Shown: positions 35,967-45,735, numbered from the stretch's first letter. The stretch is 64,000 nucleotides of DNA from a virus (IMGVR_UViG_3300043570_001741:64001-128000); one strand, 5' to 3'. Numbers and translations: made by a program. Notes: generated from the sequence alone by a model not told the origin.

Positions 35967-36392
35967 ATGAAATTTGTTGTTGTGACGGGTGGGTTTGATC
36001 CCATCCATTCTGGTCATATTGAATATATACGTGAAGCTGCCAAGCTTGGTGATGTGTTGATTGTTGGTGTAAATTCTGATGAATGGTTGACTCGTAAAAA
36101 AGGTAAACCATTTATGAATTGGAATGAACGATCCATTATCGTTAATGAATTGCGACACGTTGATTTTGTTTTGAAGTTTGATGACTCTGATGATTCTGCT
36201 TGTAGTTTATTAGAAGACTTGAAAAGAAGCTGGATTGGTAAAGGTGATGAGATTATCTTTGCAAATGGTGGTGATAGAAACAACACAAACAACCGTGAAG
36301 TTAAAGTTGAAGGTATAACATTTGTATATGGAGTTGGTGGCTCAAATAAAATGAATTCATCATCCGATATTTTGAAAGCGTGGAAAGAATGA
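35967..36392 (+). CDS. Cytidylyl/adenylyltransferase (RfaE-like)
   Basis: TGGFDPIHSGH, GVNSDEWL, ANGGDR, NSSS. Confidence 0.85.
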   Translation: MKFVVVTGGFDPIHSGHIEYIREAAKLGDVLIVGVNSDEWLTRKKGKPFMNWNERSIIVNELRHVDFVLKFDDSDDSACSLLEDLKRSWIGKGDEIIFANGGDRNNTNNREVKVEGITFVYGVGGSNKMNSSSDILKAWKE

Positions 36393-37141
36393 AAGTAGCA
36401 GTAATAACTCCTACAATTGGTTCAGAGTATTTGCAACAATGCATTAACTCTGTAGATAAACAAACTTATGAAAATTTAACCCATTACATTTTTGTTGATG
36501 GTGCTCAGTACGAGGAAAAGGTCAATGATACAATTCAAGGCGCTACCAAAGTCAAAACCATCCGTCTTGAGGAGAATGTTGGTAAAGGTTGGTATGGCCA
36601 CAGGGTTTACTCCGCTTGTTCTTTTCTTGTTAATGCTGATGTAATTTGTTATTTGGATGAGGACAATTGGTTTGACAGTTGCCATGTAGAAAAACTTGTC
36701 AAGAAAATTCAAGCTGGAAATGATTGGGCATATTCTTTAAGGAAAATTTATGATAAAGATGCAAACTACCTCTTTGAGGACAACTGTGAAAGCCTTGGTA
36801 AATGGCCTGTATATTTTGATGACCAAGTATTCCATATTGATACCTCAAGTTTTGCTGTTAAGCGTGACGTTGCTGCTCGCATCGGGCATGCTTGGTATGG
36901 CCAATGGGGCGCAGATAGGCAATTCTTTGCTAACTTGAAACAACACTTTCCAAGATTTGAATGCTCTAACACACATACACTTTGCTATCGTTTAGATGGT
37001 AATGATAATTCTGTTAAATCAGATTTCTTTGTTGGTGGTAATGAAAAGATGGAAGCAAAATATGGAAAAGATTTTCCATGGAAAAAACAAAACAACTTCC
37101 ATAAGATTCAAATTGCACCAGGTATTGTGATTGTAGAATGA
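36389..37141 (+). CDS. Glycosyltransferase family 2
   Basis: VITPT, SV..QTY, VDG, YLDEDN. Confidence 0.82.
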   Translation: MKVAVITPTIGSEYLQQCINSVDKQTYENLTHYIFVDGAQYEEKVNDTIQGATKVKTIRLEENVGKGWYGHRVYSACSFLVNADVICYLDEDNWFDSCHVEKLVKKIQAGNDWAYSLRKIYDKDANYLFEDNCESLGKWPVYFDDQVFHIDTSSFAVKRDVAARIGHAWYGQWGADRQFFANLKQHFPRFECSNTHTLCYRLDGNDNSVKSDFFVGGNEKMEAKYGKDFPWKKQNNFHKIQIAPGIVIVE

Positions 37142-37638
37142 TTGAGTTTACAGACCTAGAAGAAGTATTGTTGGTCACACCTCCTATGGTCTTTGAAGAT
37201 TTCCGTGGAACAAACGTAGAAATTTTCAATAAAGCCTTGTATGGGAATGGTGTCTTAGATAAAGTCAAATGGAAAATTGATAGTGTCAGCACATCGAGGC
37301 AACATGTCTTACGTGGTGTTCACGGAGACGAAAAGACCTACAAGTTGATTAGTTGTCTTTATGGTACAATCTATTTGTTGGTCGTTGATAATAGACCTTG
37401 GTCGCCACAATATAAAGAGTGGACATCTTTTACTTTATCCGACAAGAATCACAAACAAGTTTTAGTACCACCAGGCTTTGGCAATGGCCATCTGGTTATG
37501 TCTGAAACTGCGGTGTTTCATTACAAGTGGTCGGAGTATTATGACCAAGAAGCACAATTTACAATCAAATGGAATGATCCAGAATATGAATTCTGGTGGC
37601 CAGTTAAACACCCTATTTTATCCCTAAGAGATTACTAA
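37138..37638 (+). CDS. rmlC: dTDP-4-dehydrorhamnose 3,5-epimerase
   Basis: DFRG, VLRGVH, VPPGFGNG, YK, IKWNDP, PILS..D. Confidence 0.85.
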   Translation: MIEFTDLEEVLLVTPPMVFEDFRGTNVEIFNKALYGNGVLDKVKWKIDSVSTSRQHVLRGVHGDEKTYKLISCLYGTIYLLVVDNRPWSPQYKEWTSFTLSDKNHKQVLVPPGFGNGHLVMSETAVFHYKWSEYYDQEAQFTIKWNDPEYEFWWPVKHPILSLRDY

Positions 37639-38201
37639 TGAAAAAAGAAGACTTGATGATTCCTGCCGAAGAAAAGATTAGTATCGGTTTATTGAACGCA
37701 CACGTACATTTTCTCTCAGGCGAAATTAATGAGGAAACTGTAAAGAGTGCTATTCAATGGATTGTATATGAAAACTTGAATACGTCAAGTGATACTCCCC
37801 TCAGTTTGTATATCAATTCAACTGGTGGTGATTTGAGTGAAGCTTTTGCACTTACAGATATAATGCGTAATTCAAATCGTGTTATCAGAACGTTTGGTTT
37901 GGGTTCAGTATGCTCAGCCGCCTTTTTAATCTTTGCTTCAGGAACTCAGGGGCATAGATATATCGCTAAGAATACCAGTATTATGTGTCACCAATATGCT
38001 TCTGAAATGAATGGTAAATACCATGACATGAAAGCCTATGTACGTGAAAGTGAGCTTGCTAATACCCGAATGAATAAGTTATTGCAAGAATGTACTGGTA
38101 TGGATTCTAGAAGCGTTAAAACTAAACTTCTTCCACCAAGTGATGTTTGGTTTACCGCTGAAGAATTAGTAGAACTAAGTGTAGCAGACCAAATTTTTTA
38201 G
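37638..38201 (+). CDS. clpP: ClpP-like protease subunit
   Basis: LYINSTGG, CSAA (Ser), IMCHQ (His), DVWFTAEE (Asp). Confidence 0.85.
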   Translation: MKKEDLMIPAEEKISIGLLNAHVHFLSGEINEETVKSAIQWIVYENLNTSSDTPLSLYINSTGGDLSEAFALTDIMRNSNRVIRTFGLGSVCSAAFLIFASGTQGHRYIAKNTSIMCHQYASEMNGKYHDMKAYVRESELANTRMNKLLQECTGMDSRSVKTKLLPPSDVWFTAEELVELSVADQIF

Positions 38202-38360
38202 GAGAAGTGTTTTCTAGTATGTTAAGCGGCGGTAAAAAGGTTGAAAAACCTCAAAGAACAAAATTTAGAAAGAATACGGATAATTTGAATCAGAAGAATT
38301 CGAATAAACCGAAACACCATGACCGATCCTTTTATCGGTTAGTAAAAGAGGAAAAAGAAT

Positions 38361-38528
38361 ATGTCTTATAGAAATAACCTCAGAGAACGAATTGCTGAAT
38401 TGCAAAAAGAAATTACCGAAGACAAAGGTCAAATCGAAGCCTTGAAAAAAGAATTGAAAAGACTTGAAATGGCTGAATTTGAAGAAGATTTGTCGGAAGA
38501 ATCTAATCAGCAACTACTAAAAGGTTGA
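38361..38528 (+). CDS. Small coiled-coil protein (not in ORF track)
   Basis: MSYRNNLRERIAELQKEI...QQLLKG, GAGGA RBS. Confidence 0.55.
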   Translation: MSYRNNLRERIAELQKEITEDKGQIEALKKELKRLEMAEFEEDLSEESNQQLLKG

Positions 38529-38581
38529 TGTTGTTTTAATACAACAACCCGCTTGACATTTCCATCAATATCTGTTAAGGT
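38529..38581 (+). promoter_or_regulatory. Early promoter with palindrome
   Basis: TGTTG-N8-CAACA 38529, TTGACA 38553, TG-t-TAAGGT 38573. Confidence 0.7.
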
Positions 38582-38587
38582 ATTGGT

Positions 38588-38971
38588 ATGAGTGAAATTC
38601 TGCAAGAAACTACAATTTGGACAGGCCATTATGGTGCCTGTAATCACACGTATTTACTAGATAATCAAAATAAGATTATCGCATATATCAAACAAAATGA
38701 TAATAAAGTAAATATATTAAAAACCCAAATCAAACTAGATAAACGTTATCGGACATTTAATAAAGTCCGTAATATTCAATTAGAATTATTATCTGGTAAA
38801 TCCATAAAGAATAATACCCGTATATTCAAAGTAAAAAGTAAAGATAAAGAATATAATGTTGAATTAATAGATTCTCATTATACCTGCACCTGTACTGGTT
38901 TTAATTTTCGTGGTAAATGTAAACATATTGACGCTGTTGCAAAAACACTACAGTCTGCCGAAATCGCTTGA
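38588..38971 (+). CDS. SWIM zinc-finger protein
   Basis: CTCTGFNFRGKCKH. Confidence 0.8.
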   Translation: MSEILQETTIWTGHYGACNHTYLLDNQNKIIAYIKQNDNKVNILKTQIKLDKRYRTFNKVRNIQLELLSGKSIKNNTRIFKVKSKDKEYNVELIDSHYTCTCTGFNFRGKCKHIDAVAKTLQSAEIA

Positions 38972-39021
38972 CAAACCTGCCCGAATCTGTATAATGGTAC
39001 CTGTTGAGTTGATAAGGACAT
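38935..39021 (+). promoter_or_regulatory. Early promoter with palindrome and repeated leader/RBS module
   Basis: TGTTG-N8-CTACA, TTGACA 38968, TATAAT 38990; 34 nt identical to 40766-40799. Confidence 0.8.
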
Positions 39022-39024
39022 CAA

Positions 39025-40697
39025 ATGAAAGATAAATTGACATGGGAATTGCAGGCATATGGCTCGCCTGCTGATGATATCATTGCTTCTGTGGAAGAAT
39101 CAATGACTTTTAAATTTTCAGGTGTGGGCATGGTCATTGCTTCGTACCTGTCGGATGCTCAAGAAATGTTAGAGCGTGACAACAAAAACGCTTCTCGCCA
39201 ATATATCAATATTGCTAAAATGTTGATAATGCATTATGACCTTGGTTTCAAACGTGCTTAAGGATAAAAAAATGTCTGCTACAAAAGAATACACCATCGA
39301 AATTTACAAAACCGACCGCCGCACAAAAGAAGGCCGCCGTCTGGTTGCTAAACAGGAATTTGCTCCTGTAACTAAAGATTACATCGGCTACGTAGCTGAT
39401 GCAAAGCGCAATTTAGGTTTTACTGTAGAAGTTTTTGAAACCTGGGTTACTAAAAAGAATTTAATTTCTGGAAAAGAATATCAGGAAAAATACGATACAC
39501 CGCATTTTTGCTCTGCTTCTTCAGAATCATATTGGTCAATGTAAGGATAAAAAATGAAATTGCTCATCACCACACAAAATTTAGAAAACTACGGCGCCCA
39601 TGATTGGGACGGAGTTGGCGAGTGCCCACAATATTGGAAAGCCAAGGGTGGTAGTGATTATGTGGTAAAGAATTTTACCAATTTCAATAATACCACAGAA
39701 GCCGTTATGGCTCTCCGTGGCCAAATTGAAGAGGACAGCGAGTATTATCGTTCCTTTATTATTGATTGGGAAGTTGTGGCTGATGACTACCTCACCGAGT
39801 TTGAGCAAATGCAGCTGGACTATGAAGGCAAGATTCGTTTTGCTGCCAAAGAATTGACATTGTAAGGATATATTATGTGGCGAATTGTTTATTTAAATGA
39901 CAGATATGGTATAATGAATTTGCTGACCGAAGAATGCTGCGGTTGGTATGAATTTAAATCGGATGCTAAAGAAGCTTTCGAATCTTTGCGTAAAAATGGA
40001 GAACTTTAATTATGGCTTATATGAACCAACAAAAGAAAGCAGTTATTGCTGCAGCTTTAAAACCTATTTTGAAAAAGTACAATCTCAAAGGTTCTTTGCG
40101 GGTTAACAATCATTCAAGCATTATGTTAAACCTGAAATCTGGCCCAATTGATTTTGGCGGTGATTATGTTCAGGTTAATCCTTATTGGCTCGATGACCAT
40201 TATGATGGTGTAGCCTTAGAAGCTTTGAAAGAAATCAAAGAAGCTTTGCTCTCGGCTGATTATTATGACCATTCCGATGCTCAGACTGATTATTTCAATA
40301 CGGCATATTATTACCACATTCATGTTGGTAAATGGGATAAACCATACGTATGTCAATAATTTATACTTACCAAAAGTCTAAAAAGAAAAGCAAGACCAAA
40401 AAGGAAATTGCTGAGTATCAGGCATGGCTTGATAGCGTCAACAATATGTCCACTGGCTTTTCTAAACTAAAACCTAAAGTGATAAATTCTGGTGTTCCGA
40501 AACTGACCACACCCGTTGGTCGTGAAACGCCAAAATATCCTAGTTTTGAAACGTTTGGTGGTTCTGCTACAAAACCAATTCAAGGTAAAGTTTATACTGG
40601 TACTGCTATGAAGGGTATTGGCACTTTGCACAAAAGCAATGCGGTTCCTATATTTTCGGATGAGGAAGCTCGTGACCAGGCATTGATGCGGAGATGA
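39025..40697 (+). other. Early operon of small hypothetical ORFs (39025-39261, 39272-39544, 39554-39865, 40012-40359, 40350-40697)
   Basis: Co-oriented ORFs, several preceded by TAAGGATA RBS. Confidence 0.6.
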
Positions 40698-40712
40698 ATA
40701 CTTTAGTATTAC

Positions 40713-40799
40713 TGTTGCTTTCACGCAACACCTGCCAAAAAGTGCTTGACTATCCTGCCAGTTTGTGTATAATGGTACCTGTTGAGTTGATAAGGACAT
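40713..40799 (+). promoter_or_regulatory. Early promoter with palindrome and repeated leader/RBS module
   Basis: TGTTG-N8-CAACA 40713, TTGACT 40746, TATAAT 40768. Confidence 0.8.
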
Positions 40800-40803
40800 T
40801 GAA

Positions 40804-41553
40804 ATGAATTTGCTATCTACAGGTAACCCCAAAATTTTAAAAGGTTTGGCACAAGGTTACAATACCTACATTTTGCACCTGGCTCCTGCTGACTTGTCAG
40901 GTTATGAAACCTGCGCTAAACGTACCATTGGTTGCACAGCTGCTTGCTTGAACCTCGCTGGTCGTGGCGGTATGTTCAAGCGTGGCGAATTTACCAACGT
41001 CATTCAAAAAGCTCGTATTCGCAAAACCAAAATGTTTTTCGAAGACCGTATTACATTTATGAATTTGTTGGTTAAAGATATTGAATTGGGCATTAAACAA
41101 AGCAAACGCCTTGGCTTAATTCCTGTTTTCCGTTTGAACGGCACCTCTGACCTTGCTTTTGAAAAGTATGAGGTCAACCGCAATGGACAAACCTATTCAA
41201 ACATTTTCTACGCTTTTCCTGAAGTGACATTTTATGATTACACCAAAATTCTTGGTCGTAAAATTAAAATGGTTCCCAATTATTCGTTGACATTTTCTGC
41301 CGCTGATGGTAATGATGCTGACGTTTATGCTGCCATTCAACAAGGTTACAATGTTGCTACGGTGTTCGGTTTGAAAAAGACTGAACCAATGCCTGATAGC
41401 TACATGGGTCGTCCTGTTTTTAATGGCGATGAATCAGACCTGCGGTTTCTGGATCCCAAAGGTGTTGTGGTCGGTTTGTATGCAAAAGGCAAAGCCAAAA
41501 AAGATACAACCGGTTTTGTAAAGTATCCAGTTCTAATGATGAAAGCTGCGTAA
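40804..41553 (+). CDS. GP88 family protein
   Basis: C...C...CL, RLNGTSD, FYDYTK, NYSLTFS, GDESDLRFLD. Confidence 0.7.
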   Translation: MNLLSTGNPKILKGLAQGYNTYILHLAPADLSGYETCAKRTIGCTAACLNLAGRGGMFKRGEFTNVIQKARIRKTKMFFEDRITFMNLLVKDIELGIKQSKRLGLIPVFRLNGTSDLAFEKYEVNRNGQTYSNIFYAFPEVTFYDYTKILGRKIKMVPNYSLTFSAADGNDADVYAAIQQGYNVATVFGLKKTEPMPDSYMGRPVFNGDESDLRFLDPKGVVVGLYAKGKAKKDTTGFVKYPVLMMKAA

Positions 41554-41687
41554 TGATAAAAGAATTTTTCTTCTACCTCGATGCATGGAAATTTTGTAGA
41601 GATAATGACCTTCCCGTATCTCTAATTGTCCGTAAAAATTGGAAAGTTTGGGAAGTTGATTTTGAAATGAATGAAATGGAGTCTTAA

Positions 41688-41924
41688 ATGAAAAGATTGT
41701 TAGTTATCCCTTTAGTGTTATCTTTGGTTGCTTGCTCGTCAACACCAACCTATAAATTGACGAACTATAAAGGCCCTGAAGCCATGGACCGAAACGAAGC
41801 AGTACAAGCTGCTAAACAATGTGTGTTCGCTAAAATGCGACCAAATGTGGAATATATTTCCGTAAAAACCGATGCTGGTCCCAAAGTTATGGTGCCTATA
41901 AATGTTCATTGCGAACCATTTTGA
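41688..41924 (+). CDS. Lipoprotein
   Basis: Lipobox LVAC. Confidence 0.65.
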   Translation: MKRLLVIPLVLSLVACSSTPTYKLTNYKGPEAMDRNEAVQAAKQCVFAKMRPNVEYISVKTDAGPKVMVPINVHCEPF

Positions 41925-41930
41925 TTGTAA

Positions 41931-42248
41931 ATGCTTAATCAGGAAACATTAGAACTGATTTTATTGGGTGGCATTGGTATTGTCATTCTTGGTTTTTTCT
42001 GGAGAATTATTGTTATTGGTGCTGCATTGCTTTTTGCTATTGTAGTTCTTGCTAACCATACACCACCTACTGAAACCAGAACCGTTGCACCTTCTGTGGT
42101 TGTGCAACAAGAGGTTGTAATAGAACCGCAAAAAGTGAACGACCCTCGCCGTGAGGAATACGTTCAAGGATGTGTAAGATATGGATTCACCAAGCAATCT
42201 TGTGAAGATTATTGGGATGGAAAAGTTGATAGTTTAATGGAGATTTAA
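41931..42248 (+). CDS. Membrane protein
   Basis: Two N-terminal TM segments. Confidence 0.55.
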   Translation: MLNQETLELILLGGIGIVILGFFWRIIVIGAALLFAIVVLANHTPPTETRTVAPSVVVQQEVVIEPQKVNDPRREEYVQGCVRYGFTKQSCEDYWDGKVDSLMEI

Positions 42249-42249
42249 A

Positions 42250-42630
42250 ATGGGAACACGTAGTTTGACTTTTGTTTATGAAGAAAACAAACCAATTATC
42301 AACATGTACCGCCAATTCGATGGCTATCCAGAAGGTCACGGCCAAGAACTGGCTGATTTTCTGTTGTCTGGTAAATTGGTAAATGGTTTTTCTGAAACTC
42401 AAACCGTGCAGTTTAATGGCATGGGTTGCTTGGCAGCTCAGATGATTGCCAACTTTAAGAAATCTGTAGGAGGTTTCTACATTTATCCTATTGAATCTAA
42501 TTCATGCTGGCAAGATTATGAATACCACGTTTATGAAGAAACTGTGGTTGTAAAGAATCCCGACCAAGTTATCTTTGATGGCACTTGGGAAGAATTCAAA
42601 GCTTTCTGTTGCGAAATGGCGACAGACTGA
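42250..42630 (+). CDS. Hypothetical protein (MGTRS...DGYP type)
   Basis: MGTRS, Y.QFDGYP.GHG, DYEY. Confidence 0.65.
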   Translation: MGTRSLTFVYEENKPIINMYRQFDGYPEGHGQELADFLLSGKLVNGFSETQTVQFNGMGCLAAQMIANFKKSVGGFYIYPIESNSCWQDYEYHVYEETVVVKNPDQVIFDGTWEEFKAFCCEMATD

Positions 42631-42679
42631 GGCAACAATGGCGATGCCTCTTGACAAACTCGCCTATTTGTGTTACACT
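42607..42679 (+). promoter_or_regulatory. Early promoter with palindrome
   Basis: TGTTG-N8-CGACA 42607, TTGACA 42651, TACACT 42674. Confidence 0.7.
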
Positions 42680-42710
42680 TGAAGTTCTTAAATTATATTG
42701 GAGTTATATT

Positions 42711-43139
42711 ATGGCCCGTGGAAAATCTACTAAACTAAAGCCCTTTCAGAAATTGTTGACCGTTATGATTAGCGGCAACCCAACAACAGTCGAAGAAATC
42801 GATGCCTTACTTGGCAAAGAAATCCAAATGTATCGCTTGTCGACCTACATTTGGCACATTAAGACCAATGCCGATGGCGTTGTTCGTGCAATCAAAGATG
42901 GTCGCAAAGTGACCGCTTATCAAATCGTTAACGTTCCTGACGTTAAAAAATACATGAGTCGTGTTGGCATTACCAACAGCGGATTCGTAGCAGGTCAACC
43001 TGCACCAGCGCCTGTAACTAAGGCTAAGAAAACTAAGGTTGAGAAACTGGCTGACTTGGCCGCCACACCAATCGAAACACCAGTTATTGTTGAACCAGTA
43101 GCTGAGTTACAAGTGACAGAAATCACCGTAACGGAATGA
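42711..43139 (+). CDS. Possible winged-HTH protein
   Basis: Helix-helix-helix then beta hairpin (KDGRKVTAYQIVN), low-complexity tail. Confidence 0.45.
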   Translation: MARGKSTKLKPFQKLLTVMISGNPTTVEEIDALLGKEIQMYRLSTYIWHIKTNADGVVRAIKDGRKVTAYQIVNVPDVKKYMSRVGITNSGFVAGQPAPAPVTKAKKTKVEKLADLAATPIETPVIVEPVAELQVTEITVTE

Positions 43140-43411
43140 AAGATGTGCAAAAAGAAATCCTTCTGATTGCTCAGGAGGAATGTGCAGAGGTCACCCAAGC
43201 TATTTCTAAAGTGTTTCGTTTCGGTATTGAGGCCAAATATAATGGCAAAACCAATCGTGAGCGCTTAACGGAAGAAGTTGGTGACCTTCTTTGCATGATT
43301 GATTTGATGGTTGAAAGAAAAATCATTGATGATACAAATGTACATGAAGCTATGCTAGCTAAAAAAGCAAAATTACAAACTTGGTCAAATATCTTTGGAG
43401 AAAATAAATGA
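43136..43411 (+). CDS. MazG-like NTP pyrophosphohydrolase
   Basis: EECAEV, EEVGDL. Confidence 0.8.
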   Translation: MKDVQKEILLIAQEECAEVTQAISKVFRFGIEAKYNGKTNRERLTEEVGDLLCMIDLMVERKIIDDTNVHEAMLAKKAKLQTWSNIFGENK

Positions 43412-43848
43412 GTTATATAATTACACTTGAGAACGATCCAGAAACTGGCGATTTGATTTTGCCATTGCCAGATGAATTGTTGAGAGAAGCTGGTTGGCAA
43501 ACTGGCGACACTTTAGACTGGAAAGATAATGGTGATGGAACATTCACTATGACTAAAAAAGAAGAAACTGAATGGGTACTTGTTGAAGCTATCTCTCAGT
43601 TCCGTGAACGCTATATGGTCGAAGTGCCAAAAGGCAAAGCAGAATGGGCTCTTGATACTGTAACCCTGAATGAAGCACAAGAATTTAGCCAAGAACATCT
43701 TGGTGAAGTGATTGTCTCTCACCGTGTTGTATCATTTGATGAAGCCTTGGAAATGTGTGATAAAGATAATCACTATTGTAAAGATTGGGACAATGAGCAC
43801 AAGATAAGAGCCTTCTTTTCAAAAGAAGGCGTAAAGTATGACGTATGA
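43408..43848 (+). CDS. Protein with AbrB/MazE-like N-domain
   Basis: LILPLPDELL..AGW..GDTLDW. Confidence 0.55.
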   Translation: MSYIITLENDPETGDLILPLPDELLREAGWQTGDTLDWKDNGDGTFTMTKKEETEWVLVEAISQFRERYMVEVPKGKAEWALDTVTLNEAQEFSQEHLGEVIVSHRVVSFDEALEMCDKDNHYCKDWDNEHKIRAFFSKEGVKYDV

Positions 43849-44393
43849 ATATTTTTTACCTAGACCATGATGTTTTAAAATGTGCTAAGATGCACAATGA
43901 CAAACACACAGTTAAAATGATTCTTGAATATGCTCAATTACTTTCTACTGCTCATCGTTATCTTGATGGTAATATCGTTACTGGCCTCAGTAAAACTGGT
44001 CGTAAACAAGTTAGATATGTACTTTCTGATAATCGTGAATCTATTTTGTATAGTGCTACTCATATCAACCATCCTTCAGCAATTTGGGTGAGACAGACAC
44101 ATGAGAATTATCGATGGTTGCAAGCTATGCTTGTAGCACTATGTGGTGAGTATTCTTATCGTTATGGTAAAATTCATAAATCTGAACGTGATGGTTTAGT
44201 TGACCAATTAGCACAGGTGCCAAATTCAATACCATTTGGCACATTTACTGAACCAACTCCTGCGATGCCTGATGAAGTGAAAGTTGCAGGCGATTCTATA
44301 GCTTCTTATCGTAGTTACTATATAAACAACAAGGCGCATTTAGCGTCATGGAAAAAGCGTAATCAACCGGAGTGGTATAGTGCCCTTGTATAG
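43845..44393 (+). CDS. Pyrimidine-dimer glycosylase (DenV)-like protein
   Basis: MNIFYLD, DKH.VKMILE.AQLLSTAH, H.NHPS..W. Confidence 0.75.
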   Translation: MNIFYLDHDVLKCAKMHNDKHTVKMILEYAQLLSTAHRYLDGNIVTGLSKTGRKQVRYVLSDNRESILYSATHINHPSAIWVRQTHENYRWLQAMLVALCGEYSYRYGKIHKSERDGLVDQLAQVPNSIPFGTFTEPTPAMPDEVKVAGDSIASYRSYYINNKAHLASWKKRNQPEWYSALV

Positions 44394-44673
44394 TTTTTTA
44401 GACACCGAAACAGGTGAAGAATTTGAATCATTTATGAGCATTTCTGCTCGTGAAGAATATCTACAAACCAATCCAACAATTCATTCAGTTGTAACATCGG
44501 CTGCAATTGTTAGTGGAGTTTCCGTTACTGGTAAAGTGCCTGATGGATTCAAAGAAGTGCTTTCTAAAATTTCAGAGAATCACAAATCAAGTGAAGTTGC
44601 TAGTCGTCATGGCCAGCGTTCATCAAAAGAAATTAAGACCAAACAATTGGTTGATAAACACATAGGAAGATAA
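44380..44673 (+). CDS. FmdB-like small regulatory protein
   Basis: MPLYSF...TGEEFE, DGFKEVL.KI. Confidence 0.6.
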   Translation: MPLYSFLDTETGEEFESFMSISAREEYLQTNPTIHSVVTSAAIVSGVSVTGKVPDGFKEVLSKISENHKSSEVASRHGQRSSKEIKTKQLVDKHIGR

Positions 44674-44675
44674 GT

Positions 44676-45368
44676 TTGGCATTTAATCATGTAAAATTGA
44701 AAGAGTTGGATTTCGATTTAAAAGCAATTACAACTGATAGTGGTCGTCAATATCTAACACCTGATGGCCATTCTTTTCCATCCGTAACCACAGTATTGTC
44801 GGATTATAATAAGAAGGCTTTATTTGAATGGCGTGAAAGAGTTGGTGCTGAAGAAGCAAATAGAATTGCAGCCAAAGCCTCAAGTCGTGGAACAAAGTTA
44901 CATACAATATGTGAAAACTATTTGATGAATGAATTGACTCCTATAAAAATGACATCCATGATGCCAGATACCAAAGAGTTGTTTCTGTCTTTGAAACCAC
45001 ATATTGATACGAACATTGGTAATGTATATTCAATTGAACAAGCATTGTATTCAACTCGCCTCAGATTGGCAGGCCGTGTTGATTGTATTGCAGAATGGAA
45101 TGGCCAACTATCAGTGATTGACTTTAAAACTTCTACTAGAGAAAAGTCAGAAGAAGGTATTTTAAATTACTTCATGCAATGTACAGCTTATGCAACCATG
45201 TTTGAAGAAATTACACATAAACCAATCAATCAATTGGTGGTTGCTATTGCAGTTGCTGATGGTAGTAATCAAATTTTTGTTAAAGAGAAAAGTCAACATT
45301 ACATTGATTCTTTAGATAGTTACATTGCTAAGTATTGGAAGAAAAAGTATAAACAACAAGGTGAATGA
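44676..45368 (+). CDS. PD-(D/E)xK exonuclease
   Basis: PSVTTVL, RGT..H, AGRVDCI, IDFKTS, Q..AY. Confidence 0.85.
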   Translation: MAFNHVKLKELDFDLKAITTDSGRQYLTPDGHSFPSVTTVLSDYNKKALFEWRERVGAEEANRIAAKASSRGTKLHTICENYLMNELTPIKMTSMMPDTKELFLSLKPHIDTNIGNVYSIEQALYSTRLRLAGRVDCIAEWNGQLSVIDFKTSTREKSEEGILNYFMQCTAYATMFEEITHKPINQLVVAIAVADGSNQIFVKEKSQHYIDSLDSYIAKYWKKKYKQQGE

Positions 45369-45369
45369 A

Positions 45370-45735
45370 ATGCCAATTACACGTAAACAAGGTTTTATAG
45401 AAAAAGGTTGGGGACACGAACTTATTTGGGCCACGAATGATAAATATGCTGGTAAGTTGCTGAAGTTTAACAAAGATGCCAGATTCAGCATGCACTTCCA
45501 TTCCGTTAAAGATGAAACATGGTATGTTTTGTCTGGTAAATTCGAAGTGAAATATATTCTAACCAAAGACGCTTCAATCAAGTCTCAAATTCTGGAACCA
45601 GGTTCTGTTTGGCGAAACGAACCTCTTGAACCTCATCAAATCATCTGCCTAGAGGAAGGCACAATCATAGAAGTTAGCACACCAGATTCCGTTGAGGATA
45701 ACTATCGTGTGTTTCCTGGAGATTCTCAGAAATGA
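45370..45735 (+). CDS. Cupin (mannose-6-phosphate isomerase-like)
   Basis: KGWG.E, SMHFH..KDETWYV, EVSTPD. Confidence 0.75.
   Translation: MPITRKQGFIEKGWGHELIWATNDKYAGKLLKFNKDARFSMHFHSVKDETWYVLSGKFEVKYILTKDASIKSQILEPGSVWRNEPLEPHQIICLEEGTIIEVSTPDSVEDNYRVFPGDSQK

Noticed and set aside
44676-45368. Cas4-like call for the exonuclease
   Set aside because: Lacks the four-Cys Fe-S cluster pattern and has no CRISPR context; ordinary phage exonuclease
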